A DNA stretch of 64,000 nucleotides, taken from assembly GCA_963743705.1 (NCBI GenBank), contig CAVUQS010000013.1, positions 5,415 through 69,414 on the forward strand. The letters are read 5' to 3'. The notes under the pieces were generated by a model, which saw only the letters and a program-made list of their open reading frames with translations, was not told where the DNA came from and made no database searches. The translations under genes were made by a program, and so were the position numbers. The stretch comes from Bryobacterales bacterium (GTDB taxonomy: Bacteria; Acidobacteriota; Terriglobia; Bryobacterales; Bryobacteraceae). Shown here in pieces: positions 1-9,120 of this stretch; positions within the stretch are counted from its first letter, which is position 1; each line of letters opens with the position of its first letter.

Positions 1-1404
1 GGCGCCACAGCCACCAACAGCGCGTGGGGCGAAGCCTACAGCTACGACGGCTTCGGCAACCTGACGGCGAAGACGCCTACCGTAGGCAGCGCGCCAACTT
101 TTTCCGGCAGTGCGGGCTCAAACGCCCAGAACGGTTCCCTGCCCGGACAATGGGACGTGGAGAACCGGCCGATGACGCAGGGCTCAACGTTCTACGTGTA
201 CGACCCGTGGGGGCGCCGGATCTTTAAGCAGTGGCCCGGTTCTAACGGAGTCAACGAATGCGAGGCATATTTCTACGGGGCGGCGGGGCAGAAGCTGGAA
301 AGCTACAGTTGCGAGTACCAACCTAATACGACGCTCAATTCAACGACGCTGCAGCGGATCAACACGTACTTGGGCGGGAAGATGCTGTCAGAGAAGGGCG
401 TGTTTGTAGCGACGGACCGGCTGGGGAGCGTGCGTGCGACTTCGAACGGTGAAAGCCTCTCGTATTTCCCGTGGGGCGAGGAGCGCGGGACGGGGACGGC
501 GGATGGGCGGACGAAGTTCGCGGGATATTATCGGGATCAGCCGGGCCAGGATTATGCGAATGCGCGGTATTACTCGGCGACGACGGGGAGTTTCTGGAGC
601 CCGGACCCAGGGTCGATTTCGACTGCAAGCGTCGGCAACCCGAGTAGTTGGAACCGATACATGTATGCAGTCGCGGACCCGGTCAATAGTGAGGACCCAA
701 CGGGGCGTATCGTCAGTGCAACGGACTGCATAAGCAATCCTGATTTGTGCTCGAACTGTTTGCCCGGGGCATCGTTCTGGGGGGCCGGTGCTGGCTGTTA
801 TGGCGACGGTGGTGGACCCGTTTGCGGCGGCGATGAGTTCAATCCGAGCCCGGATCCTTTATGTTATGCTCCAGTGCCGTCACCGCCGCCCCCGCCACCA
901 ATTATTTGCACCTTAACGGTCAAATACCGACCGATTGACGACTACCCGCCCGCCTATCACGCCTACCTGTACTTCACATCTAGCGATGGAACAGCAGACA
1001 TAATTGAGGGATACAGGAATCCATCGAACTACCTTAGCGTAAGTATCGGCACCTCAGGCCTCCCGTCCGACAACCCGTCCAAGGACCCGTCGGCCGGTAG
1101 TATCAGTGGTGCATATGTATGCGCTTGGTTCGCGACGCTTGAGTCTGACAGGTCGAACGTAAACGGCGCCGGAATAATCTATAACAAGTACGGTCCAAAC
1201 AGCAATAGCGTGCTCGCCTACATGCTGTCTAGCCTGCCTAGCACCGATTCCTCAGGATCTGCATGGTATTCCCTCCCGGGCACTGGAACGATTCCATTTC
1301 CCATAAGCATCTACATCCCCGGATGGCCGAGTATCAACCTTACGATAAATCTGCCATATGGGTTGGTCGGCGTCAATGTGCCATTGCCAGGAGTCAGTCA
1401 TTGA
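1..1404 (+). CDS. Rhs/YD-repeat polymorphic toxin, 3' end (5' part lies outside the window); conserved core end followed by a unique C-terminal domain CT1 of unknown function
   Basis: Frame 1 is open from nt 1 (GATATNSAWGEAYSYDGFGNLTAK...) and runs into the 157..1404 ORF. It has YD-type motifs (YSYDGFGN, YVYDPWGRR) and the core-end block YYRDQPGQDYANARYYSATTGSFWSPDP...NRYMYAVADPVNSEDPTGR. A Cys/Pro-rich linker and about 200 aa with no motif I recognise follow. The first ~700 nt recur three more times in the window. Confidence 0.9.
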   Translation, partial: GATATNSAWGEAYSYDGFGNLTAKTPTVGSAPTFSGSAGSNAQNGSLPGQWDVENRPMTQGSTFYVYDPWGRRIFKQWPGSNGVNECEAYFYGAAGQKLESYSCEYQPNTTLNSTTLQRINTYLGGKMLSEKGVFVATDRLGSVRATSNGESLSYFPWGEERGTGTADGRTKFAGYYRDQPGQDYANARYYSATTGSFWSPDPGSISTASVGNPSSWNRYMYAVADPVNSEDPTGRIVSATDCISNPDLCSNCLPGASFWGAGAGCYGDGGGPVCGGDEFNPSPDPLCYAPVPSPPPPPPIICTLTVKYRPIDDYPPAYHAYLYFTSSDGTADIIEGYRNPSNYLSVSIGTSGLPSDNPSKDPSAGSISGAYVCAWFATLESDRSNVNGAGIIYNKYGPNSNSVLAYMLSSLPSTDSSGSAWYSLPGTGTIPFPISIYIPGWPSINLTINLPYGLVGVNVPLPGVSH

Positions 1405-2342
1405 CCCGAAGAGACTTGTTCGCAAGGGCGGCGCTGGCCTCCGCATCGGGATATGTTTCGTGCGCGGCGTACCCGCAAAGTGTGCGCCGCTGGCTGGAAA
1501 ACGCCGAAGAACGGGACGGCATTATGATAGTCGGCTTCGGCCTTTGGGCACTTACCCTTCACGGCAAGCCGGCGGGCCGTCTCACCCTGCCGGATTGCTG
1601 CATCGCTCCGCCCTCTATTTCACCGGATGGAAACTGCGTCGTCTGGATACCAAATAGCTCACTTCCATATCCGGTCGGTAAGTCCGAACCGGTATTAAAG
1701 GTTCGAAGATGGGGCTCTGCCATCGAAACAATCCACTACCGAGCCCGCTTCGCGGACTGGGTAGCCGCATCGTCTGGAAGTTCAATAATCAGCGTCGTTG
1801 CAGCAGCCGTCGATCAACCCGGCCGAAAACTGCTGATATTACGGGGTGACACGGGCGAGATCCAGTGCGACCTCACCAGCCTCATTGCTGGATTCCCTAC
1901 GAACGAGATCGAGCAGCTAGACCTATCGGCGTCCGGGACACGCCTGACGCTGGGCACGAGGACAGAGTTCGTCGTCATCGACATACCTTCGCAGTCAGTT
2001 CTCCAGCGACGGGCAGGTAGATTTCCGACTGTTTCGCCCACTAATTCGCGGATCGCATTTGTCGACCGCAGGCAGCTTTTGCTACTCGATCTCGACGGTG
2101 GCGATTCGCATCCGCGAGAGTTGGCGGTGGGTCGCAGCGTATACGGAGTAGGTGCGTGGAGCCCGGACGGAAGAATGCTCTTGGCGGGTATCCAGCCTAC
2201 CGCGTCCCTAAGCGCGCCTCTTGAGTCGCAGCTTGTCGCTATCGACACACGGTCCGCTGAATGGGCAAGTATCGCAAAGCTGCAGGAGGGCGATTATGGA
2301 AACCGTTGCCGATGGATCGCGCGCCGCTTGTTGAACATCTGA
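1401..2342 (+). CDS. Candidate immunity protein for CT1; PD40/TolB-like beta-propeller repeats with a Tat-like signal
   Basis: A TTG at 1401 overlaps the rhs TGA (1402-1404). The resulting N-terminus xTRRDLFARAALASASG looks like a twin-arginine signal. Propeller-blade motifs are present: SPDGNCVVW, SPTNSRIAFVD, AWSPDGRMLLAG. The ORF track gives 1263..2342, but the upstream ATG would overlap rhs by 142 nt. Confidence 0.65.
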   Translation: MTRRDLFARAALASASGYVSCAAYPQSVRRWLENAEERDGIMIVGFGLWALTLHGKPAGRLTLPDCCIAPPSISPDGNCVVWIPNSSLPYPVGKSEPVLKVRRWGSAIETIHYRARFADWVAASSGSSIISVVAAAVDQPGRKLLILRGDTGEIQCDLTSLIAGFPTNEIEQLDLSASGTRLTLGTRTEFVVIDIPSQSVLQRRAGRFPTVSPTNSRIAFVDRRQLLLLDLDGGDSHPRELAVGRSVYGVGAWSPDGRMLLAGIQPTASLSAPLESQLVAIDTRSAEWASIAKLQEGDYGNRCRWIARRLLNI

Positions 2343-2384
2343 CCTTTGCTCAGTAGCTTTCAATAAGAGCAGGATGGCGATGGG

Positions 2385-2597
2385 ATGACCGTAGCGGGTG
2401 CTGCCACCAGTTCGAGTACCGGCGCGTCATTCCCTGCGACGATGACGCCCAATACCAACCTTAGTCTCTCGTCCAACATGACGTATTCGGCGACTTACGC
2501 CTTAACTTCGGTGACCGGAGCGAACGGCGCCACCCAGGGCGTCAGCTACGACGCCTATGCGTTCGCTACTCAGGTATGGCCCACTTCGCTACCGTAA
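2385..2597 (+). pseudogene. Possible short Rhs/YD-repeat fragment
   Basis: This 70-aa ORF lies between cassettes. It carries a YD-like segment (MTYSATYALTSVTGANGATQGVSYDAY), has no credible full-length context and is Ser/Thr-rich. Confidence 0.3.
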
Positions 2598-2667
2598 TTC
2601 GGCCCACCCCTGATGTTCTGAGTTTGCGCCGCCGCTGGAATAGCAACGTTCCGGATGTACAGGCGGA

Positions 2668-2802
2668 GTGGCTTGTGAGGTGATCGTTGAGCTTGGGCGC
2701 GAACTCAGTCTTGTGAAGCGGAACTGGTGAAGACGCGCCGGAACGGAGGATTGTTCAAATCATAGTCGCATTGCGGCGAGACGATGAGTTGACCAACAAC
2801 GC
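2668..2802 (+). repeat. Conserved leader/junction preceding orphan Rhs cassette 2 (paralog at 7552-7673)
   Basis: gtggcttgtgaggtgatcgttgagcttggg ... ggaactgg.gaag.cg.gccggaac.gaggattgttc...agtcgcattg.gg..agacgatga.ctgacc is shared with 7552-7673 apart from an ~11-nt indel. It is not present ahead of copy 3. Confidence 0.75.
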
Positions 2803-4237
2803 GGGGCATAATAATGGCAGGGTGACGCAGACCATCGACGGCGTTCTCGGGGAAACGGTGAACTACCAATACGACTACCTGCATCGGCTGACCGCCGCCA
2901 CAGCCACCAACAACGCCTGGGGGGAGGCCTACTCCTACGACGGCTTCGGAAATCTGACGGCGAAGACGCCTACGGTGGGCAGCGCGCCGACGTTTTCCGG
3001 CAGCGCGGGGTCGAACGCCCAGAACGGTTCGTTGCCCGGCCAATGGGACGTGGAGAACCGGCCGATGACGCAGGGCTCGACGTTTTACGTGTACGACCCC
3101 TGGGGGCGGAGGATCTGGAAACAGTGGACCGGCCAGACGGGCGCGAACGAGTGCGAAGCGTATTTCTACGGGGCGACGGGACAGAAACTGGAGAGCTACA
3201 GTTGCGAGTATACGCCCAACACAATCGATTGGTTTACGACGCTGGAAGGGATCAACACGTATTTCGGTGGGAAGATGCTATCGGAGAAGGGCGTGGCAGT
3301 ATTGACGGACCGGCTGGGGAGCGTACGGGCCAACTCGAACGGAGAGAGCTTCTCGTATTTCCCGTGGGGCGAGGAGCGCGGGACGGGGACGGCGGATGGC
3401 CGGACGAAGTTTGCGGGATATTATCGGGATCAGCCGGGGCAGGATTATGCGATGGCGCGGTATTATTCGGCGACGACGGGGAGTTTTTGGAGCCCGGATC
3501 CAGGCGGGATGAACAACGCGAATGCAGCGAATCCAACGACATGGAACCGCTACGATTATGTAATGGGTGATCCGATAAACCGGACCGATGTAAATGGGCT
3601 TTGTTCGGATCAGGACAACCCTCCCTGCTTCAGCACGAACAGCGCTCCGCCGCCACCGGGGCCCACGCCTGGCTCACCCGTTCAGGGGACAGGTAATGAC
3701 TCTCCGCCTGTGGATTTGGGGGGCGGCGATCCAGGTGGTAGCGGGTCGAGCACTCCCAGCAACGCCGATCTCCTAAGTGCATCGATTGGCCGTGTCACAG
3801 CAGATCTCCTAAAGCCCGAGTGCGCGAAGGACTTCAAAAATGTTTCTAAAACTGTTAATGAGCTTTCAAATATTAGCTTTCATGACTATGGGGAGGCGAC
3901 GGTTAGCACCAATAAGGCTGGGAAAAATCGTACAAAAGGCGGGCAGTGGGGTCAATACAACCCCTTCACACACAGCATTAACCTGAATTCTAATTCCTCA
4001 GTAAACTGGGCAGATCCAAGTCATAGCATGGATCTACTTAACGGAGTTCAGACCCCCTCTGACTTCATTGCTGGGGAGCTTAGCTTCTTGGGTTTGCCGG
4101 CAACCACACCAATGACGGCGAGCCAATTCATTGACTTAGTAGTCCTTCATGAACTCGCGCATTATGATGGCAGAGTTGGAAATCCCGATAAGGGCGCTAA
4201 TGAGATAAAGCTTTGGAACGACTGCGTAAAACAATGA
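2771..4237 (+). CDS. Orphan Rhs core-end + CT2: HExxH zinc-metallopeptidase-like toxin domain
   Basis: It starts at a TTG and has no N-terminal Rhs body. GHNNGRVTQTIDG...YYRDQPGQDYAMARYY...GDPINRTDVNGL is >90% aa-identical to cassette 4. The unique CT ends ...VVLHELAHYDGRVGNPDKGANEIKLWNDCVKQ, with HELAH at 4148-4162. Confidence 0.8.
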   Translation: MRRDDELTNNAGHNNGRVTQTIDGVLGETVNYQYDYLHRLTAATATNNAWGEAYSYDGFGNLTAKTPTVGSAPTFSGSAGSNAQNGSLPGQWDVENRPMTQGSTFYVYDPWGRRIWKQWTGQTGANECEAYFYGATGQKLESYSCEYTPNTIDWFTTLEGINTYFGGKMLSEKGVAVLTDRLGSVRANSNGESFSYFPWGEERGTGTADGRTKFAGYYRDQPGQDYAMARYYSATTGSFWSPDPGGMNNANAANPTTWNRYDYVMGDPINRTDVNGLCSDQDNPPCFSTNSAPPPPGPTPGSPVQGTGNDSPPVDLGGGDPGGSGSSTPSNADLLSASIGRVTADLLKPECAKDFKNVSKTVNELSNISFHDYGEATVSTNKAGKNRTKGGQWGQYNPFTHSINLNSNSSVNWADPSHSMDLLNGVQTPSDFIAGELSFLGLPATTPMTASQFIDLVVLHELAHYDGRVGNPDKGANEIKLWNDCVKQ

Positions 4238-4839
4238 CCATGACGAAAGCATTAGTCCTCATAATGTTCGTGACCGCTCCAGCTATCGCGTCAACTGATT
4301 ACTGCTCGCTTATCGTGCAGGTGATAAGCCCAAATGGTAAGAGACCGACGGCTGAAGTCAGCGTCGTGGATGAAAGCGGTCGAACAACCAGCCAAATCGA
4401 AGAGGGTAAGGACGCAAGGTTCTGTGATCTCGGCCTTCGGCCTGTTACTGTCGAAGTCGGCGGTCGTGACACGTGCAACCAGGTAACTGTGAGCGGGGTA
4501 CCTCTTGCCTGGAACGAGACATATCATCTTAAGGTTACCTATGATCCGATGCCGTGCCTGAAGGATTCTCCACACATTTTGCCGGCATATTGTACATATC
4601 TTTTTCGCGTCAAGAATGAGAATGGTACACCGATCGCTCGGGCCACGCTGCTGGTTTTGCCAAGCAACCTATCGCTTAAGACCGATAGCGCCGGTCGAGC
4701 AAGTTTCGACCCGAGCCTTGGGCCGTTCAGCGTAACCATTAATTTTCCAGGGTACAGTTCGCGCTCCTTCGAAGGAACATGCACACCGGCAAAGTCTCGG
4801 GAACCGCAGGAGGAAGTAATAAAACTCTTGACTAAGTGA
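4234..4839 (+). CDS. Candidate immunity protein for CT2; exported, with CarboxypepD_reg-like beta-sandwich motifs
   Basis: The ATG at 4234 overlaps the toxin stop (ATGA). The signal peptide is MTMTKALVLIMFVTAPAIAST. Segments such as VISPNGKRPTAEVSVVDESG and VKNENGTPIARATLLVLP...TDSAGRASF are present, and the region is AT-richer than the Rhs core. The ORF track start is 4213. Confidence 0.7.
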   Translation: MTMTKALVLIMFVTAPAIASTDYCSLIVQVISPNGKRPTAEVSVVDESGRTTSQIEEGKDARFCDLGLRPVTVEVGGRDTCNQVTVSGVPLAWNETYHLKVTYDPMPCLKDSPHILPAYCTYLFRVKNENGTPIARATLLVLPSNLSLKTDSAGRASFDPSLGPFSVTINFPGYSSRSFEGTCTPAKSREPQEEVIKLLTK

Positions 4840-4872
4840 TGCGGCCGGCTGTTCAGTCATGTCGCGCGGGGC

Positions 4873-6797
4873 GTGGACTGCGTTTGCGAAACGCCGGTGG
4901 CCAGCGACTATACTCCACACCTGGGGGCGGTTGAGGGCGTGTTATTTCAGGCCCAGACGCCGGTCGGCCTCGACGTCAATTTCGCTTACGAATACAGCTA
5001 TAACCAGGCAGGGCGCGTCACCGGAAACCGGATGTTGACGACTCCGTCGGGGGAGACGCTGTTCGATCTCCAGGCGCAGTATGGCTGGGACAACCAGGTG
5101 CGCATGACCTCGATGACCTACCCGAGCGGCACGGCGATGACGTATGCATTCGATCCCATGGGCCGGCCGAGCACCATGACGCAGAACCAATCGTTCACCG
5201 CCGCCGCGGCCACTTACGGCTCGGCCGGCCAACTCCTGACGCTGGGCGGCGAAACGTTCACCTACAACAGCATGCTGCAACTCACGCGCGTGACCGGTGG
5301 GATGCCGGGGTCCAGCATCGACATGCAATACATCTACAGTACGGGCCATAATAATGGCAGGGTGACGCAGACCATCGACGGCGTTCTCGGGGAAACGGTG
5401 AATTACCAATACGACTACCTGCATCGCCTGACCGCCGCCACAGCCACCAACAACGCCTGGGGGGAAGCGTACTCCTACGACGGCTTCGGAAATCTGACGG
5501 CGAAGACGCCTACGGTGGGCAGCGCGCCGACGTTTTCCGGCAGTGCGGGCTCGAATGCCCAGAACGGCGCCCTCGGCCGGACAATGGGACGTGGAGAACC
5601 GGCCGATGACGCAGGGCTCGACGTTTTACGTGTACGACCCGTGGGGCCGGAGGATCTGGAAGCAGTGGACCGGCTAGACGGGCGTGAACGAGTGCGAAGC
5701 ATATTTCTACGGGGCGGCGGGGCAGAAGCTGGAGAGCTACAGTTGCGAGTACACGCCGAACACAATCGATTGGTTTACGACGCTGCAAGGGATCAACACG
5801 TATTTCGGTGGGAAGATGCTGTCGGAGAAGGGCGTGGCAGTGTTGACGGACCGGCTGGGGAGCGTACGGGCGAACTCAAACGGAGAGAGCTTCTCGTATT
5901 TCCCGTGGGGCGAGGAGCGTGGGACGGGGACGGCGGATGGACGGACGAAGTTCGCGGGATATTACCGGGATGCAGCCGGGGCAGGATTATGCGAATGCGC
6001 GGTATTACAGCGCAACGACCGGGAGTTTTTGGAGTCCGGATCCTGGCGGGATGAGGACGGCGGATTCGACGAGCCCAACAACGTGGAACCGCTATGCGTA
6101 CGTCGCTAGCGATCCAGTGAACCTTATCGATCCGGGCGGCAGGTTTCAATGCAACCCGGAGGTCTGCGGTCAACAACAGCAAGAGGACCCATGTGGAGCC
6201 GATCCTACCTTGCTGGGCTGTGATCCGACCGCGTATGCGCCAGGTCGCACCAATTATTTTGGGTCAACGGATCCGGGGGGCGGCGGTGGCGGGACTATTC
6301 TCGATTCTTTCGCTGGTTTTTGGCCGGCCTTTAGCCTCGCTATGTCAGCGCTTGGAACCCCAGACTGCGCGAGTCAATTTGGACTTGCGGCGAACTCAAT
6401 GAATCCCTCAACGCTACTGGCGGATGCCGTAACGGGTATCCTTACCGGAACTACGACGGAGCTAACCTTCGGAACTGAAAATATCGCTGGTACGGGTGCA
6501 AACACGAGCGGGCTCGGAATTACGGTCGCGACCAATGACACTTGGGCGTATTCAAATGCTAACGGCCAGCAGGTTGAATCAACGCGGGCAAGTATCAATA
6601 TTAATATCGCTAGCTGGAACAGCGAAACGACCATTCAACGAGCACAAACTCTAATCCATGAGCTTGGACATGTCTTCGATATGCTGCTCGGTGCCGGAGG
6701 ATCGGTGTTTGTGTACGATGCAAAACCGGATTGGACGCCTGACATGGACGCGGAGGCTACTAATGCAAAATTCGTTCAGAACTGTATTCATAACTAG
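4873..6797 (+). pseudogene. Decayed orphan Rhs cassette 3 (two frameshifts plus one premature stop) with CT3, a second HExxH toxin domain
   Basis: It is split over three ORFs: 4873..6054, 5684..6109 and 5919..6797. There is a +1 nt change relative to intact copies near 5571-5585. TAG at 5675-5677 replaces CAG (WTGQTG). An extra g near 5972 disrupts YYRD-QPGQDY. This copy retains more upstream YD repeats than cassettes 2 and 4. CT3 carries LIHELGHVF (6657-6671). Confidence 0.85.
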
Positions 6798-7308
6798 CGG
6801 CGCCAAGATCCTTACGTGCCTGTTCGGGGTCTGGTCGATGACCGCGTTGTCGACTGAGGGTAATACCGCGACGGTTTTTCGCAAAGCGACGGTAGCAGAG
6901 ATTTTGGCAAGTCCGGGCAAGTTCGACCAGAAGCTGGTTGAGCTCCGCGGTCGAATAGTAGTCGGTCAGGAAATCAGCATGTTTCAGGATGGATCAACAT
7001 GCGCAAAGACTCGAATGTGTGCATTGTGGGTTGAACTCGACCGCTGCATGATCGCTGGGAGTGAGACGGAAAATAGCTGCGCCGTTTACATCGACAATCT
7101 TGTTCGCCTCAATGGAGGCCCACCCCTCTCCCAGCGAATTGAGCTTGACGATGTGGCGGTCCGCGGCGTAGTAATGACGTCGCGCAAGGACTTGCGCTAC
7201 GACAGCTCTGTGCCGAAACAATATAGGGTCGGACAATTCGGGCATCTATCGGCCTACCCAGGCCAAGTGAACGTTCAGCAGATCCAACTGCCACCTTCCG
7301 CAAAGTAA
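6763..7308 (+). CDS. Candidate immunity protein for CT3; signal/anchor-bearing
   Basis: The ORF 6658..7308 overlaps the CT3 end. The ATG at 6763 gives MQNSFRTVFITSGAKILTCLFGVWSMTALS, a hydrophobic N-terminus. An alternative ATG lies at 6838. I see no recognisable family. Confidence 0.55.
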   Translation: MQNSFRTVFITSGAKILTCLFGVWSMTALSTEGNTATVFRKATVAEILASPGKFDQKLVELRGRIVVGQEISMFQDGSTCAKTRMCALWVELDRCMIAGSETENSCAVYIDNLVRLNGGPPLSQRIELDDVAVRGVVMTSRKDLRYDSSVPKQYRVGQFGHLSAYPGQVNVQQIQLPPSAK

Positions 7309-7551
7309 CGACCCGGGTCTGCGAAGCGAAGCGCCGTCACTGCCCATTGGGCCCGCCCGAGGATATCTTGATCTGCGCCTTTTAGTGTTTGACTTTGATC
7401 TTTGCGCCATCCGGCAGGATATCCACCTGATAATGGACGGCAATGTACCCTTCAAAGCTTACGGAAACGGTGACCACATGAGCCGGCTCCTTGCCCGTAG
7501 GAGCTACAACGGTGTTGTCAAGAGGGAGAATTTCGGGATTGATTCCCTGCA

Positions 7552-7673
7552 GTGGCTTGTGAGGTGATCGTTGAGCTTGGGTCTTGTGGATCGCAACTGG
7601 CGAAGGCGTGCCGGAACTGAGGATTGTTCCGATCAGTCGCATTGTGGCAAGACGATGAACTGACCAGCAACAC
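7552..7673 (+). repeat. Conserved leader/junction preceding orphan Rhs cassette 4 (paralog of 2668-2802)
   Basis: See 2668-2802; the same 30-nt start, gtggcttgtgaggtgatcgttgagcttggg, and the same downstream blocks. Confidence 0.75.
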
Positions 7674-9120
7674 GGGGCATAATAATGGCGGGGTGACGCA
7701 GACGATCGATGGCGTGCTAGGGGAAACGGTGACCTATCAGTACGACCACCTCCATCGGTTGACCGCCGCTACGGCCACCAACAGCGCTTGGGGCGAGGCC
7801 TACAGCTACGACGGTTTCGGCAATCTGACGGCGAAGACGCCAACGGTAGGCAGCGCGCCAACTTTCGCCGGCAGCACGGGTTCGAATGTTCAGAACGGTT
7901 ATTTGCCGGGGCAGTGGGACGTGGAGAACCGGCCGATGACGCAGGGCTCAACGTTTTATGTGTACGACCCGTGGGGGCGGAGGATCTGGAAGCAGTGGAC
8001 GGGCCAGACGGGCGCGAACGAATGCGAGGCCTATTTCTACGGGGCGACGGGGCAGAAGCTGGAGAGCTACAGTTGCGAGTACACGCCGAACACGACCGAC
8101 CTGTTCACGACGCTCGAAGGGATCAACACTTACTTCGGGGGGAAGATGCTGTCGGAGAAGGGCGTGTTTGTGGCGACGGACCGATTGGGGAGCGTACGCG
8201 GGAATTCAAGCGGAGAGAGTTTCTCGTATTTTCCGTGGGGCGAGGAACGCGGAGCGGGGACGGCGGATGGGCGGACGAAGTTTGCGGGCTATTACCGGGA
8301 TCAGCCGGGGCAGGATTATGCGATGGCGCGGTATTACTCGGCGACTACGGGGAGTTTTTGGTCGCCGGATCCGGGTGGGATGAAAAACGCGAATCCACTG
8401 AGCCCGTTGACCTGGAACCGCTATGGGTATGTAATGGGTGATCCGATAAATCGGACCGATGTGCGTGGGTTGTGCTCCGATCAAGACGATCCGCCTTGCT
8501 ATAGTACAACGGCGACAGGCGAAGAGCCGCCTCCGCCGCCTCCGGTCGGCAATCCTTGGGATCCTAACGATCCGAATGCCGGACCTGGCGCGAACAATGC
8601 GAGTGATCCGTCATGCAGCAGCCTACTCAGTGCGGCAATGACGACGTTTCTCACCAATAGCAAATCGCCGTTGTTGACCCAGGATCCGAATTTCGTGTCG
8701 CAGATTGTGACCGAGGCGGCTGCGGTAGGGGTCGACCCGCGGCTATTCGTTGCGGAGACGGAGGAGTCGGGGCTCGGGACCTCGCATGTCGCTCAGACCA
8801 TGAATAACCCATTCGGCATCAAGCGTCACAATAAAAATGTAAGCTTTTCTAGCGTTGGTGACGCGATAGTTTCGGAGGGCAGCACGTTGAACCAATTTGT
8901 AAATATATGGAACGAAACCGTTTCGCAGATGTATAGCGGTCTCCCTGGCGTGACGGATGCCAAAGGGTGGAACTGGGTTCGCCCCCCCGCATACTGTCAG
9001 GGGAGCGGTTGCCAGGCGTTTGGGAGCGCCGTTGCTGGAGCGCTGAAGGCGATGGGTGGGGACCCCAATAGTCTAAAATACCCGTTGGGCCAGGTTAGCG
9101 GGGTTGCATGCAAAGACTAG
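7624..9120 (+). CDS. Orphan Rhs core-end + CT4: glucosaminidase/FlgJ-like peptidoglycan hydrolase toxin domain
   Basis: It has a TTG start and the core GHNNGGVTQTIDG...GDPINRTDVRGL. The CT contains AETEESGLGTSHVAQTMNNPFGIK (about 8750-8825). This matches the E-S-G-x-G ... NN-x-FGIK signature of the mannosyl-glycoprotein endo-beta-N-acetylglucosaminidase family. Confidence 0.8.
   Translation: MFRSVALWQDDELTSNTGHNNGGVTQTIDGVLGETVTYQYDHLHRLTAATATNSAWGEAYSYDGFGNLTAKTPTVGSAPTFAGSTGSNVQNGYLPGQWDVENRPMTQGSTFYVYDPWGRRIWKQWTGQTGANECEAYFYGATGQKLESYSCEYTPNTTDLFTTLEGINTYFGGKMLSEKGVFVATDRLGSVRGNSSGESFSYFPWGEERGAGTADGRTKFAGYYRDQPGQDYAMARYYSATTGSFWSPDPGGMKNANPLSPLTWNRYGYVMGDPINRTDVRGLCSDQDDPPCYSTTATGEEPPPPPPVGNPWDPNDPNAGPGANNASDPSCSSLLSAAMTTFLTNSKSPLLTQDPNFVSQIVTEAAAVGVDPRLFVAETEESGLGTSHVAQTMNNPFGIKRHNKNVSFSSVGDAIVSEGSTLNQFVNIWNETVSQMYSGLPGVTDAKGWNWVRPPAYCQGSGCQAFGSAVAGALKAMGGDPNSLKYPLGQVSGVACKD

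Noticed and set aside
7382-7642. 86-aa minus-strand ORF with a plausible beta-rich C-terminus (VVTVSVSFEGYIAVHYQVDILPDGAKIKVKH), and the plus-strand ORF 7385..7567.
   Set aside because: The N-terminal half is encoded by the conserved orphan-cassette leader, and the only start overlaps the Rhs TTG start. It might be a gene remnant, but it cannot be supported as a feature.
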